Positions 20,597-30,053 of a stretch of DNA of 64,000 nt are shown here, piece by piece; position 1 is the first letter of the stretch, and every line of letters starts with the position of its first letter. The stretch comes from an uncultured Gammaproteobacteria bacterium (GTDB lineage Bacteria > Patescibacteriota > Microgenomatia > UBA8517). The translations under genes were made by a program, and so were the position numbers. The DNA is taken from positions 76,095 through 140,094 of the forward strand of contig CAZTVZ010000002.1 in the NCBI GenBank assembly GCA_964617045.1, given 5' to 3'. A model generated the notes under the pieces. That model saw only the letters and a program-made list of their open reading frames with translations. It had not been told where the DNA came from and searched no databases.

Positions 20597-21337
20597 ATGA
20601 AGAGAAACTCCAAAGTTGTTATAGTAATGCCGGCTTATAATGCCCAAAAAACGGTTAGGAATACTTTCAAAGAAATTCCTCCCAAATTCAGGAAACACAT
20701 AATACTTGTTGATGATAATTCAAAAGATTCCACTGTTAATGTTGCGAAGAAGTTGGGGATTAAAGTCTTTGAACATACCAACAATATCGGTTACGGCGGT
20801 AATCAAAAGACTTGTTATTGGGAGGCTCTGAAATTGAATCCGGATGTAATTGTAATGCTTCACCCTGATTATCAATACGACGCAACCCTTATTGAAGATC
20901 TGATAGACCCTATCCTTAAAGGAAAACGTGATTATATGTTTGGCAGCAGAATAAATAGTCGAGGACAAGCACTCAAAGGCGGAATGCCAATGCTAAAATA
21001 CATACTCAACCGAATTGATACCATTATCGAAAATATACTGTTGGGAGTTAATTTCAGTGAACATTTTTCCGGTTTTCGGGCGTATTCCAAAAAACTTCTT
21101 AAAAGAGTTCCTTTTCAGAGATTTTCCAACGATTTTGTTTTTGATCAACAAATTAAAGTGTCCGCAATCAGTTATGGCATGAAAATCGGAGAAATTCCTA
21201 TTCCTACGCGATATCACGAAAAATCTTCTTCAATTAATTATCTTAAGGGTGCAAAGTTTTTAATTGAAACTTATATTGTTATTTTCCTCTTTATGCTTCA
21301 CAAATCGGGAATACTAAAGTCAAGGTTGTTTAAATGA
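20597..21337 (+). CDS. GT2 polyprenol-phosphate glycosyltransferase (DPM/PPM synthase-like)
   Basis: VMPAYNA, LVDDNSKD, GYGGNQK, MLHPDYQY, GSR, SGFRAYS, FVFD and EIPIPTRY are typical of the DPM-synthase-like subfamily. Confidence 0.8.
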   Translation: MKRNSKVVIVMPAYNAQKTVRNTFKEIPPKFRKHIILVDDNSKDSTVNVAKKLGIKVFEHTNNIGYGGNQKTCYWEALKLNPDVIVMLHPDYQYDATLIEDLIDPILKGKRDYMFGSRINSRGQALKGGMPMLKYILNRIDTIIENILLGVNFSEHFSGFRAYSKKLLKRVPFQRFSNDFVFDQQIKVSAISYGMKIGEIPIPTRYHEKSSSINYLKGAKFLIETYIVIFLFMLHKSGILKSRLFK

Positions 21338-21395
21338 TTAATTACGAGATACTCTTGAAAACACCATTTCTCAGCCATTTAGAGCCTTTTTGTAT

Positions 21396-21401
21396 TAAAA
21401 T
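21396..21401 (+). promoter_or_regulatory. Putative -10 box (TAAAAT), leaderless-type
   Basis: Ends 8 nt before ATG 21410, in the largest gap of the window (72 nt). Confidence 0.45.
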
Positions 21402-21409
21402 AGAATAGT

Positions 21410-23056
21410 ATGAAATCTAAACTGATTCAGTGGTTGCTTGTTACGGCAATTCTGCTTATTGGTTTTGCTGCAAGATTTTACAAAGTAACCGAAGTTCCTC
21501 CGTCATTGAATTGGGATGAGACATCTATTGCATACAACGCTTATTCGATTCTAACCTCAGGCAAGGACGAGTGGGGAGTTAGTTTCCCTTTAAATTTCAA
21601 ATCATACGGTGAATACAAATTACCGGTGCAAATATATGCTTCTATTCCTGGTATTTTTGTATTTGGACTTAATGAACTGGGGGTAAGAATAACTCCAATT
21701 GTTTACGGCACCCTCACCATTCTTCTCTTGTATTTTTTGGCGAAAGAACTGTTCGATAAAAAAGTTGCCTTGATATCCTCTTTCTTTTTAGCAATATCAC
21801 CCTGGCACATACAACTTACCAGGGCTTCGTTTGAATCCTCGTTTTCCGTATTATGGGTTCTGCTCGGACTACTTCTTCTTGTCAAAGGATTGAAAAAACC
21901 GTGGCTGTGGGTTTTATCCGTAATCCCATTTGCAATATCCGTTTATACATATAACAGTGCAAGAATATTCACACCCCTTATCATAATTGCTTTTGGTATT
22001 ATCTATTTCAAAAAAGTAATTCCCCATGTCAAACAAATTGTTGTATCGGGATTGTTGTTTTTTGGTTTAATGGCTCCAATTATTCTTTCGATATTCACGG
22101 GAGAAGCAGCTGCCAGATATAAGTTGGTTAGTGTTACGGACGAGAAGGGTCTAATACCGAGAATCGAACAGCAAAGAAACCTTTCAACATATCCCAAAGT
22201 GATAACAAATTTAATTCACAACAGATACACATACGTTGGTTATTATTCGATCAGAAACTATGTTTCTCATTTCGCTCCTGATTTCTTGTTTATTTCAGGG
22301 GCCGGTCATAAACAACATCATCCACAAAAAGTCGGAGAAATGTTTTTGATTCAAGCACCATTTGTAATCTGGGGAATCGTGCAACTGATAAGAAAGAAAA
22401 ATAAATACAACGGATTATTATTTGCTTGGTTATTGTTAACCTTTGTTCCCGTGTCTTTAACAAACGATAGTATTCCTCACGCGCTAAGAACCGTAATCGC
22501 AGCACCTATTTACCAAATATTTACAGCAGTTGGAATTGTTGAGCTTTTCAATTTATTAAAAGGCAAACGATTAATAGTTGCCTCTCTGATGTTGGGAATA
22601 GCAACGATTATTAGTTTCTATCTTTATTACCACCATTTAATTGTCGATTATCCCAGATTGTATTCCCAAGCTTGGCAATATGGCTATAAACAGGTTGTGG
22701 AATATATATCCGATCATGAAGACGAATATGATTTGGTGGTGTTTTCCAGATCCTATGGTGAGCCGCACATGTTTACATTATTTTTTAAGATGTACGACCC
22801 CGAAAGATATCAGAAAGCGGATAAAGTGATTCAGGTGGATCCTAACGATTGGATTAAAATATACAGTTTTGATAAATACAGGTTCCCGGATCTGAGCGAA
22901 CCGGGAACAATGTACAAAGATCTTGTTAAAGAAAACCCGGGTAAAGAGATATTATTTATCGGTAAACACGAAGACTTTGTTGACGGTCAAAAAGTACTTC
23001 TTAACGTTAAATTTTTGGATGGGCAGGATGCCTTCGACATCGTGGACAATAAATGA
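21410..23056 (+). CDS. GT-C membrane glycosyltransferase (GT39/GT83, PMT_2/ArnT-like)
   Basis: PPSLNWDE, GKDEWG, GEYKLPV, AISPWHIQLTR, PHALR, WQYG motifs. Confidence 0.8.
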   Translation: MKSKLIQWLLVTAILLIGFAARFYKVTEVPPSLNWDETSIAYNAYSILTSGKDEWGVSFPLNFKSYGEYKLPVQIYASIPGIFVFGLNELGVRITPIVYGTLTILLLYFLAKELFDKKVALISSFFLAISPWHIQLTRASFESSFSVLWVLLGLLLLVKGLKKPWLWVLSVIPFAISVYTYNSARIFTPLIIIAFGIIYFKKVIPHVKQIVVSGLLFFGLMAPIILSIFTGEAAARYKLVSVTDEKGLIPRIEQQRNLSTYPKVITNLIHNRYTYVGYYSIRNYVSHFAPDFLFISGAGHKQHHPQKVGEMFLIQAPFVIWGIVQLIRKKNKYNGLLFAWLLLTFVPVSLTNDSIPHALRTVIAAPIYQIFTAVGIVELFNLLKGKRLIVASLMLGIATIISFYLYYHHLIVDYPRLYSQAWQYGYKQVVEYISDHEDEYDLVVFSRSYGEPHMFTLFFKMYDPERYQKADKVIQVDPNDWIKIYSFDKYRFPDLSEPGTMYKDLVKENPGKEILFIGKHEDFVDGQKVLLNVKFLDGQDAFDIVDNK

Positions 23057-24666
23057 AAATTATTTCGAAAATCATTTTACTTTTGATCATTCTTTCGGGA
23101 ATATTTTTGAGATTTTATAAATTGGAAAGTGTTCCCCCGTCGTTATCATGGGATGAAGCATCTTTTTCTTATAATGCATACACAATTGCGAACTGGGGCA
23201 AAGACGAATGGGGAAAAGTACTTCCCTTTGCTTTCAAATCGTTTGGAGAGTACAAAAACCCGGTTGATATATATATCGCAGTACCCTTCATTAAAGTATT
23301 TGGCCTTAACGAATTGGGAACCAGATTCCCGGCGGCATTGTTTGGAGCGGTAAACATCTTACTAGTCTATTTATTGGGAAAAAGACTTTTCAAAAACGAA
23401 GTCGTTGGTCTTTTTGCTGCATTTTCTTTTGCCATTTCACCATATAACATTCAATTTTCCAGACACCATCATGAACTTAATATTGCTTTGTTTTTCTATC
23501 TCCTTGGTCTTTGGTCTATCATCGGTGCAATTAATAAAGACAAGGTAAAAGGAATGATCTTGGGTTTTGTCAGTTTGGCTATTCCTCTTCTAACATATAA
23601 TGCCGCCAAGATAATTATTCCTCTTACGGTGTTGGGACTCTCAATTATATATTTCAAATATTTTATTAAACATTTAAAGTATTCGTTCGTTGCGGGAATA
23701 ATAGTGCTTGGCATATTCCTCTTTACTTTTTTTGGAGGAGGTTTGTCTGGCAGATCCAGATTATCCCAGGTTGCATTTAAACAGACAGATATCGAACAAA
23801 CATATTTATACAAGAAAACAAAAATTAGAAGGTTGGGACAAATAGAACTTGTTTTCAAGCAATATCCTTTGCATTTTTCAAGCGAATATCTTCTTGAAAG
23901 AGGAGACAAAAACTATAGACATTCAACAGGTGTGATAGGTGAGTATTATAAAATGGACGTTTTTTTGATGCTTCTCGGATTGGGTTATCTGGGATACCTG
24001 ATAATAAAAAAGAAATCGAAAGAAGCACTCCTTTTGTTGGGGGTTATTCTTATTGCCCCTCTTCCTTCTTCTATTGCCAGTGAGGCACCACATGCAGGAA
24101 GAACTATGTTTATGAACGGTTCTTGGCATATCCTGGTCGGTTTGGGATTTATGTTTCTTGTTTCCCAATTAAAACAAAAATTGGTTAAATGGTTGGTTAT
24201 CGGTCTACTGTTGGCAGGTTATGGATTTCAAATGTACGGATATCTGGATTTTCTTTTCAACGATTATGCGAAAAAATATGCAATTGATTGGCAGTACGGA
24301 ATGAAACAGATCGTCGAAACAATTAAAAAACAGGATCCCGAATCCGTACAAAGCGTATATATGACAATAGACAGATGTCAGCCACACATATTCTTTTTGT
24401 ATTATCTCGGTACCGACGTAAATTCGTACAATAAAACAATGATTGTAAATGAAGGACCGAAAAGCGGATGCGAAATAATTAATTCTTTCGAAAAATACAA
24501 TTTCGGAACATGGGATTTCGTGTGGTCCAGACCAATTCAGGGTGTTTATTATGTTTTAACACCAAATGAATATTCGGGACTTGCACACATCAACGATTTC
24601 ACCGTTATTGAAAAGATTCAATATCCTGACGGATCGGATGCATATTTTATCGTTACTTCCTACTGA
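23053..24666 (+). CDS. GT-C membrane glycosyltransferase (GT39/GT83), paralog of 21410..23056
   Basis: PPSLSWDE, GKDEWG, GEYKNPV, AISPYNIQFSR, PHAGR, WQYG motifs. Confidence 0.8.
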   Translation: MKIISKIILLLIILSGIFLRFYKLESVPPSLSWDEASFSYNAYTIANWGKDEWGKVLPFAFKSFGEYKNPVDIYIAVPFIKVFGLNELGTRFPAALFGAVNILLVYLLGKRLFKNEVVGLFAAFSFAISPYNIQFSRHHHELNIALFFYLLGLWSIIGAINKDKVKGMILGFVSLAIPLLTYNAAKIIIPLTVLGLSIIYFKYFIKHLKYSFVAGIIVLGIFLFTFFGGGLSGRSRLSQVAFKQTDIEQTYLYKKTKIRRLGQIELVFKQYPLHFSSEYLLERGDKNYRHSTGVIGEYYKMDVFLMLLGLGYLGYLIIKKKSKEALLLLGVILIAPLPSSIASEAPHAGRTMFMNGSWHILVGLGFMFLVSQLKQKLVKWLVIGLLLAGYGFQMYGYLDFLFNDYAKKYAIDWQYGMKQIVETIKKQDPESVQSVYMTIDRCQPHIFFLYYLGTDVNSYNKTMIVNEGPKSGCEIINSFEKYNFGTWDFVWSRPIQGVYYVLTPNEYSGLAHINDFTVIEKIQYPDGSDAYFIVTSY

Positions 24667-24693
24667 CAATCTTCCAATTCCATAATATTGTCG

Positions 24694-24699
24694 TATAAT
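24694..24699 (+). promoter_or_regulatory. Putative -10 box (perfect TATAAT), leaderless-type
   Basis: TATAAT ends 8 nt before ATG 24708. Confidence 0.55.
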
Positions 24700-24707
24700 T
24701 GGCCATA

Positions 24708-25973
24708 ATGAAAGTTGCAATAATAGGCGCCGGCTTTGTTGGATTAAGTGCTGCCTTAAATTTGTTGGAAAAAGATGTAGATGTAACATTGTTTGAGAAG
24801 GACTCAATTCCCGGAGGTTTGGCCAACGGATTTAAGGAACCGGAATGGAGATGGAGTTTGGAAAAACATTATCATCATATATTTACTTCTGACAAAATTG
24901 TTCTTGATCTGGCAAATAAAGTAGGACAGAGAATAATATTCAATACACCCGAAACACTCTCCTTTTACGAAGGGGAAGCATTCAGATTGGACAGTCCAAT
25001 GTCTCTACTCGAATTTGGAAAGATTAGTTTTGCCGATAGGGTTAGAACTGGAATTATTCTTCTTTATCTAAAAATTACTTCCGATTGGAAAAAACTGGAA
25101 AGTATTACCGCCGAGAGTTTTATCACAAAATGGATGGGTGAAAAATCGTGGGAAATATTGTGGAAACCACTCTTTGTAAAAAAGTTCGGTAAAGAATATA
25201 AAAAAATACCGGCATCCTGGTTTTGGGCAAGAATTAAAAAAAGAAGTCAGTCATTGGGATATCCGGAAGGAGGGTTTGATTCTTTTTCGGGGAAAATTGC
25301 CGATAAGATAATAAAGAAAAAGGGAGTAATTAAATATCGTGAATTTGTTAAATCCATTAAACCCCACAAAGAAGGGTTTTCGATTGAAACGAACAAGAAT
25401 AAATACTCTTTTGACAAGGTAATATGTACTTTGCCCTCTTCATTGTTTGTAAAAATGGTAAAAGGATTGCCACAGAAATACACAGACAAACTGTTGGGGT
25501 TAAAAGGAATAGGTGCAGTTAACCTAATAATTGAACTTGAGAAACCGTTTATGAAAGGATACTGGTTGAGCATCAACGATATGGATATTCCTTTCCTTTG
25601 TGTCGTGGAACAAACAAATTACATGGAAAGAAGGTATTACGATGGATCAAGGATTTTATATGTGGGGAATTATTTACCTGCAAATCATGAATACTTCGAT
25701 TTAAATGCAAGGCAAATATTAAGTAGATACATGAAGGGGTTGAAACAAATAAATCCCGATTTCAACTACGACTGGATTAAAAGCTTAAAAGTTTTTAAGG
25801 CACCATATGCACAACCGCTGGTGGAAAAAAATTATTCGAAGAAGATACCGGATCTGAAGACTCCCTTAAGGAATCTGTTCTTGGCAAATATCGAACAGGT
25901 GTATCCCTGGGATAGGGGAACCAATTATTCCGTTGAACTTGGTTCTAAAGTTGCCGAGCTTACCCTGGAATAA
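24708..25973 (+). CDS. FAD-dependent oxidoreductase (PRK07233 / amine oxidase-protoporphyrinogen oxidase superfamily)
   Basis: N-terminal KVAIIGAGFVGL Rossmann motif, FE....GGLA, EKHYHHIF, LGYPEGGF, APYAQP, QVYPWDRGTN. Confidence 0.8.
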   Translation: MKVAIIGAGFVGLSAALNLLEKDVDVTLFEKDSIPGGLANGFKEPEWRWSLEKHYHHIFTSDKIVLDLANKVGQRIIFNTPETLSFYEGEAFRLDSPMSLLEFGKISFADRVRTGIILLYLKITSDWKKLESITAESFITKWMGEKSWEILWKPLFVKKFGKEYKKIPASWFWARIKKRSQSLGYPEGGFDSFSGKIADKIIKKKGVIKYREFVKSIKPHKEGFSIETNKNKYSFDKVICTLPSSLFVKMVKGLPQKYTDKLLGLKGIGAVNLIIELEKPFMKGYWLSINDMDIPFLCVVEQTNYMERRYYDGSRILYVGNYLPANHEYFDLNARQILSRYMKGLKQINPDFNYDWIKSLKVFKAPYAQPLVEKNYSKKIPDLKTPLRNLFLANIEQVYPWDRGTNYSVELGSKVAELTLE

Positions 25974-25979
25974 TATACT
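25974..25979 (+). promoter_or_regulatory. Putative -10 box (TATACT), leaderless-type
   Basis: Ends 8 nt before ATG 25988 and fills a 14-nt gap. Confidence 0.45.
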
Positions 25980-25987
25980 TCATATAT

Positions 25988-26854
25988 ATGGCCAAGATTT
26001 CGGTTGTTCTTGCTACCCGTAATGAAGAATCTAATATTGCGGGATGTTTGAATTCGGTTAAAGATTTTGCTTCGGAAATGATCGTTGTAGACGAGGGATC
26101 TTCAGATAAAACGGTAGATATCGCCAAATCTTTGGGTGCAAAAGTTGAAATTGTACGTCACGAAACGATTTTCCACAAAACAAAACAAAAAGCCCTTGAT
26201 CTTGCTACCGGTGAGTGGATACTTCAAATGGACGCAGACGAACGGGTAAGCAGCAGGTTGGGTAAAGAGATCAAACAAATAGTACACATGTCAGAAGAAG
26301 AACTGAATGATTATCAGGACGAAGTATTAAACAACAAACTATTTAGAAAACATCAAGCATTGATTGCGAAGAGAGATGGAAAGATAGGGACAGAAAGTGG
26401 TCCTTATTATGCATTTTTTGTTCCAAGACTAAATTATTTTTTGGGTAAATATTTGAGATACGGTGGGGTATACCCGGATGGTGTAATCAGACTTGTAAGA
26501 AAAGGAAAAGCATTCTTTCCGGCCAAGGATGTTCATGAACAAATGACCGTATTGGGCAAAGTGGGTTGGTTGAAAAACGATTTGATTCATATGGCCGACC
26601 CGACATTCAAAAGATATCTTGAAAGAAACTCGAGATATGTAAATCTTCTTTCGCTGGAGCTAAAAAGCAACAAGGTAAAAAAGAACCTGTTTACTTTCTT
26701 GGATTATATGTTTATCAAACCTGCTTATTGGTTAATATTGACTCAAATCAGACACAAAGGAATATTGGATGGTTGGCAGGGTATGGTGTTTTCTTTTTTC
26801 TCGGCATTAAGGTTTCCGAAAGCATATATTAAATACTTAAAAATCAATGATTAA
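25988..26854 (+). CDS. GT2 glycosyltransferase (WaaE/KdtX-like)
   Basis: ISVVLATRNEE, VDEGSSD, QMDADE, YPDGVIRL, VHEQ motifs. Confidence 0.9.
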   Translation: MAKISVVLATRNEESNIAGCLNSVKDFASEMIVVDEGSSDKTVDIAKSLGAKVEIVRHETIFHKTKQKALDLATGEWILQMDADERVSSRLGKEIKQIVHMSEEELNDYQDEVLNNKLFRKHQALIAKRDGKIGTESGPYYAFFVPRLNYFLGKYLRYGGVYPDGVIRLVRKGKAFFPAKDVHEQMTVLGKVGWLKNDLIHMADPTFKRYLERNSRYVNLLSLELKSNKVKKNLFTFLDYMFIKPAYWLILTQIRHKGILDGWQGMVFSFFSALRFPKAYIKYLKIND

Positions 26855-27893
26855 AGTTGCTATAGATTCAGGTCCCTTAAAAAGCGGAGATTCTGTGAGG
26901 GGTATTGGATTTCATACAAAACTTCTGACAGAACATATGACCAAAGTTAAAGATGTGAGATTCGATATCGTTGATGTCAGAAAAGAAAACCTCGATTCCT
27001 ATGATTTAATCCACTACCAGAAATTCCACCCGTATTTCCTGAGCATTCCATTAACTAAGAAGAAAAAGAGTGTGATCACGATACACGATCTTATATACCT
27101 CCTTTATCCCGATAAATATCCTTCGGGTATTAGAGGAAGAATAATATACGAAATGCAAAAGATATTGGTTAAAAGAATGGATGCAATAATAACCATATCG
27201 GAAACGTCTAAGAAGGATATTGTAAGATTTCTTGGAATTCCGGCTGAAAAGATATTCCCCGTTCATTTGGCGGCAAGGGATACGTTTAAGGTAATAACCA
27301 ATCAAAAATATCTCGATAGTGTAAAGAAGAAATATGCTTTACCGGAGAAATTTGTTTTGTATGTTGGTGATGTTAATTACAATAAAAATTTACCTACTTT
27401 ATGCAAAGCCGTAAAAGCAGCAAAGACAACGCTTGTAATTGTAGGTAAACAAGCAGTAAGTAAAGATTTTGATAAGAATCATCCGGAGAACAAATCCTTG
27501 GTTAAACTTCTTAAAGAGTACGGAAACGACAAGGCGATTAAAAGATTGGGGTTTGTAGACGACGAAGATCTTGTTGCAATATATAACTTGGCAACCGTAT
27601 ATGTACAACCCTCGTTCTATGAGGGATTTGGACTCCCACTTTTGGAGGCTTTCGCATGCAAGCTGCCCGTTATTGCATCAAAAATACAAGCGCATGTGGA
27701 AATCGGAGGAGAAGCTCCTTTGTATGTTGATCCGAAAAAATATGAAGATTTTTCGGAAAAGATAAGAATGGTAATGAACGACGAGAAATTAAGAAAAGAT
27801 ATGATATCAAAAGGTCTTGATAAAGTTTCGGAATACTCATGGGACAAAACTGCAAATGAAACGGCTGAAGTCTATCGCAAAATCACTCAATGA
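26847..27893 (+). CDS. GT4 glycosyltransferase (MtfB-like)
   Basis: RGIG, TIHDLI, KN, PSFYEGFGLPLLEAFACK, YSWDKTA motifs. Confidence 0.9.
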   Translation: MIKVAIDSGPLKSGDSVRGIGFHTKLLTEHMTKVKDVRFDIVDVRKENLDSYDLIHYQKFHPYFLSIPLTKKKKSVITIHDLIYLLYPDKYPSGIRGRIIYEMQKILVKRMDAIITISETSKKDIVRFLGIPAEKIFPVHLAARDTFKVITNQKYLDSVKKKYALPEKFVLYVGDVNYNKNLPTLCKAVKAAKTTLVIVGKQAVSKDFDKNHPENKSLVKLLKEYGNDKAIKRLGFVDDEDLVAIYNLATVYVQPSFYEGFGLPLLEAFACKLPVIASKIQAHVEIGGEAPLYVDPKKYEDFSEKIRMVMNDEKLRKDMISKGLDKVSEYSWDKTANETAEVYRKITQ

Positions 27894-29055
27894 TTTTCAG
27901 AAAATATTAATCCTCTTTTTGGTTTGGAGGGTCGTACTGTTTGTAATTGCGTATCTTGCAACGATATTTATCCCAACATGGGGAGGTTGGTATCCGTATG
28001 TTGAGAGGTCTCTTGAAATAACGGGACTTCCGTCGTGGATATGGGGATTTGGAGGGTTTGACGGTGTGCATTACCTTCGGATTGCACAAAACGGTTATGT
28101 TACCGGTTCTCAGGCATTTTTCCCCATATATCCTGTTGTTATCAATTTGTTAAGTAGAATTATTCCTGTTGCTAATTATTATGATCCTCAGTTTTTTGTG
28201 AATACCAATTTCTTTTATGCTGGAATGATAATCTCAAATTTGATATTTATTCCGGCTCTGTGGGTTGTAAAAAAACTATTTGATACATATACCGAAAGTA
28301 GATATTCATGGTTGGCAATTATACTTCTTCTTGTTTTTCCTACGTCATTTTACTTTGGAGCGATATATACGGAGTCGATATTTCTCTTTTTTGCAGCAAG
28401 TACACTCTACTTTTACAAGAAAGGTAATTATTTTCTTGCAGGATTGTTCGGAATACTTACCTCCGCTACAAAGATTGTTGGTATCGCCATCCCCGGAATA
28501 ATGATAATAGATGCCTTAATTGGGCTTTGGAAAAGAGAGATGAAAGGGAAGAATTGGAGAACGCTCTTTTCGGGTATCGTGGGATCATTGGGGCTTCTTT
28601 CCTATATGGCTTATCTTCAGGTTAAATTTGGTGATGCACTTCTTTTTTTGAATTCTCAACCAATGTTTGGTGCAGGAAGAAGCGCAGAGCCGGTGATAAC
28701 TCTTCCTCAAGTATTCTATAGATATTTCAAGATTCTTTCGTCAATTCCGCCAACCGAGATGAGATTCTATAACGCATTGTTTGAACTTCTGCTCACAATA
28801 ACAATTTTGGTTGTACTGCTGGTTTCTGTTAAAAAAATTAAATTCAGTTATTGGTTGGCAACTCTTGCAATGATAATTGTACCTACTTTAACGGGCACAT
28901 TTTCTTCAATGCCTAGATACATCCTGGTAGCATTCTTATTGTTTCCGTTTATTGCCAGCAGGCTCAAAAAAGCCTATACTCCAGTTGCAATCGCCCTGGG
29001 GATCCTGGGCGTTATTTGTATCGCCCTATTTACCAAGGGATATTGGGTAGCTTAA
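27856..29055 (+). CDS. GT-C mannosyltransferase-like protein, PIG-V/GT76 (Mannosyl_trans2) type
   Basis: FDGVHYLRIAQNGY, AFFPIYP, FPTSFYFGAIYTESIF, SMPRY are PIG-V-like motifs. Confidence 0.75.
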   Translation: MKRLKSIAKSLNDFQKILILFLVWRVVLFVIAYLATIFIPTWGGWYPYVERSLEITGLPSWIWGFGGFDGVHYLRIAQNGYVTGSQAFFPIYPVVINLLSRIIPVANYYDPQFFVNTNFFYAGMIISNLIFIPALWVVKKLFDTYTESRYSWLAIILLLVFPTSFYFGAIYTESIFLFFAASTLYFYKKGNYFLAGLFGILTSATKIVGIAIPGIMIIDALIGLWKREMKGKNWRTLFSGIVGSLGLLSYMAYLQVKFGDALLFLNSQPMFGAGRSAEPVITLPQVFYRYFKILSSIPPTEMRFYNALFELLLTITILVVLLVSVKKIKFSYWLATLAMIIVPTLTGTFSSMPRYILVAFLLFPFIASRLKKAYTPVAIALGILGVICIALFTKGYWVA

Positions 29056-29712
29056 ATGAAAATATATATTGTAGTTCCGGCTTACAACGAAGGAAAACGT
29101 ATCGGAAAAGTTCTTAAAGAACTAAAAGCTCAAAGACTTCCCGTTATTGTTGTTGACGATGGCTCCAAAGATAATACCTACAAAGAAGCTTTAAAAAGTA
29201 AATATCTTGTATTAAAACACAGAATTAATTTGGGTAAGGGTGCTGCAATGAAAACAGGTGCAATGGCAGCGTTCAAATTGGGAGCTGATGCCGTTATCTT
29301 TATGGATTCGGATGGACAACACAAGGTTGAAGATTTGCCAAATTTTACTAAAGCCTTGAATACAAAGACCGATATTGTTTTTGGTTCACGAAATCTGGGT
29401 TTAAAAATGCCTTTTGTAAGATTTGCTGGGAATAAGGTTGCTTCAGTTTTTGTAAATATTCTATTTGGAATTTATGTCTCCGACTTGGTGTGTGGTTTTA
29501 GGGCAATTACGAAAAAGGCGTTTACCAAAATAATGTGGGAATCTACGGGATATGGAGTCGAAACCGAAATGGTAATTCGTACCGCAAAGTCGGGTTTAAT
29601 GCATTGTGAAGTACCCGTTAAGACGGTATACTATGACCAGTATAAGGGTGTTAGCATTATGGATGCTTTTGACATCCTTTTTAGTGTTTTAAGATGGAGA
29701 ATTAAATTATGA
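29056..29712 (+). CDS. GT2 polyprenol-phosphate glycosyltransferase (GacI/PpgS-like)
   Basis: VPAYNE, VDDGSKD, NLGKGAA, MDSDGQH, GSR, CGFRA, ETEM. Overlaps a DUF2304-like gene. Confidence 0.8.
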   Translation: MKIYIVVPAYNEGKRIGKVLKELKAQRLPVIVVDDGSKDNTYKEALKSKYLVLKHRINLGKGAAMKTGAMAAFKLGADAVIFMDSDGQHKVEDLPNFTKALNTKTDIVFGSRNLGLKMPFVRFAGNKVASVFVNILFGIYVSDLVCGFRAITKKAFTKIMWESTGYGVETEMVIRTAKSGLMHCEVPVKTVYYDQYKGVSIMDAFDILFSVLRWRIKL

Positions 29713-30053
29713 TTTTGGGATTACAGGTAGCAGCAATAGTATTTTCATTGACCATGATTTATTTGGCCGTGCTTCACTTTAAAAAAGGCGAAATTGATTC
29801 AATGGAAATTGCATCATGGATTGTGATTTGGGTCATCACAATTTTGATTGTGATATTCCCTGATATCGTAAGAGTTTTTGCTCAATCCTTTGCTGTATCA
29901 AGACTGCTTGACCTTCTTATCGCCGGCGGGTTTGTTCTTGTTATTTCAATGGTTGCATCAACTTATGTTAAATCCAGAAGAATTGAGAAAAAACTTGAAG
30001 ATTTTATCCGAAAAGAAGCCTTGAAAAATATTGATAAGAAAAGCAAGAAATGA
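29709..30053 (+). CDS. DUF2304-family small membrane protein (GacJ/Rv3632-like)
   Basis: 114 aa with 3 TMs, W..IW......FP, and a C-terminal 'EKKLEDFIRKEAL' helix. Directly after a DPM-like GT2. Confidence 0.75.
   Translation: MILGLQVAAIVFSLTMIYLAVLHFKKGEIDSMEIASWIVIWVITILIVIFPDIVRVFAQSFAVSRLLDLLIAGGFVLVISMVASTYVKSRRIEKKLEDFIRKEALKNIDKKSKK

Noticed and set aside
21338-21409. 72-nt intergenic gap as possible terminator or small RNA
   Set aside because: No GC-rich stem followed by a U-tract. Only short direct repeats (CCATTT) and a candidate -10 box.
24708-25973. Annotation as protoporphyrinogen oxidase (hemY)
   Set aside because: Superfamily similarity only. No heme genes are nearby and the context is entirely glycan biosynthesis.
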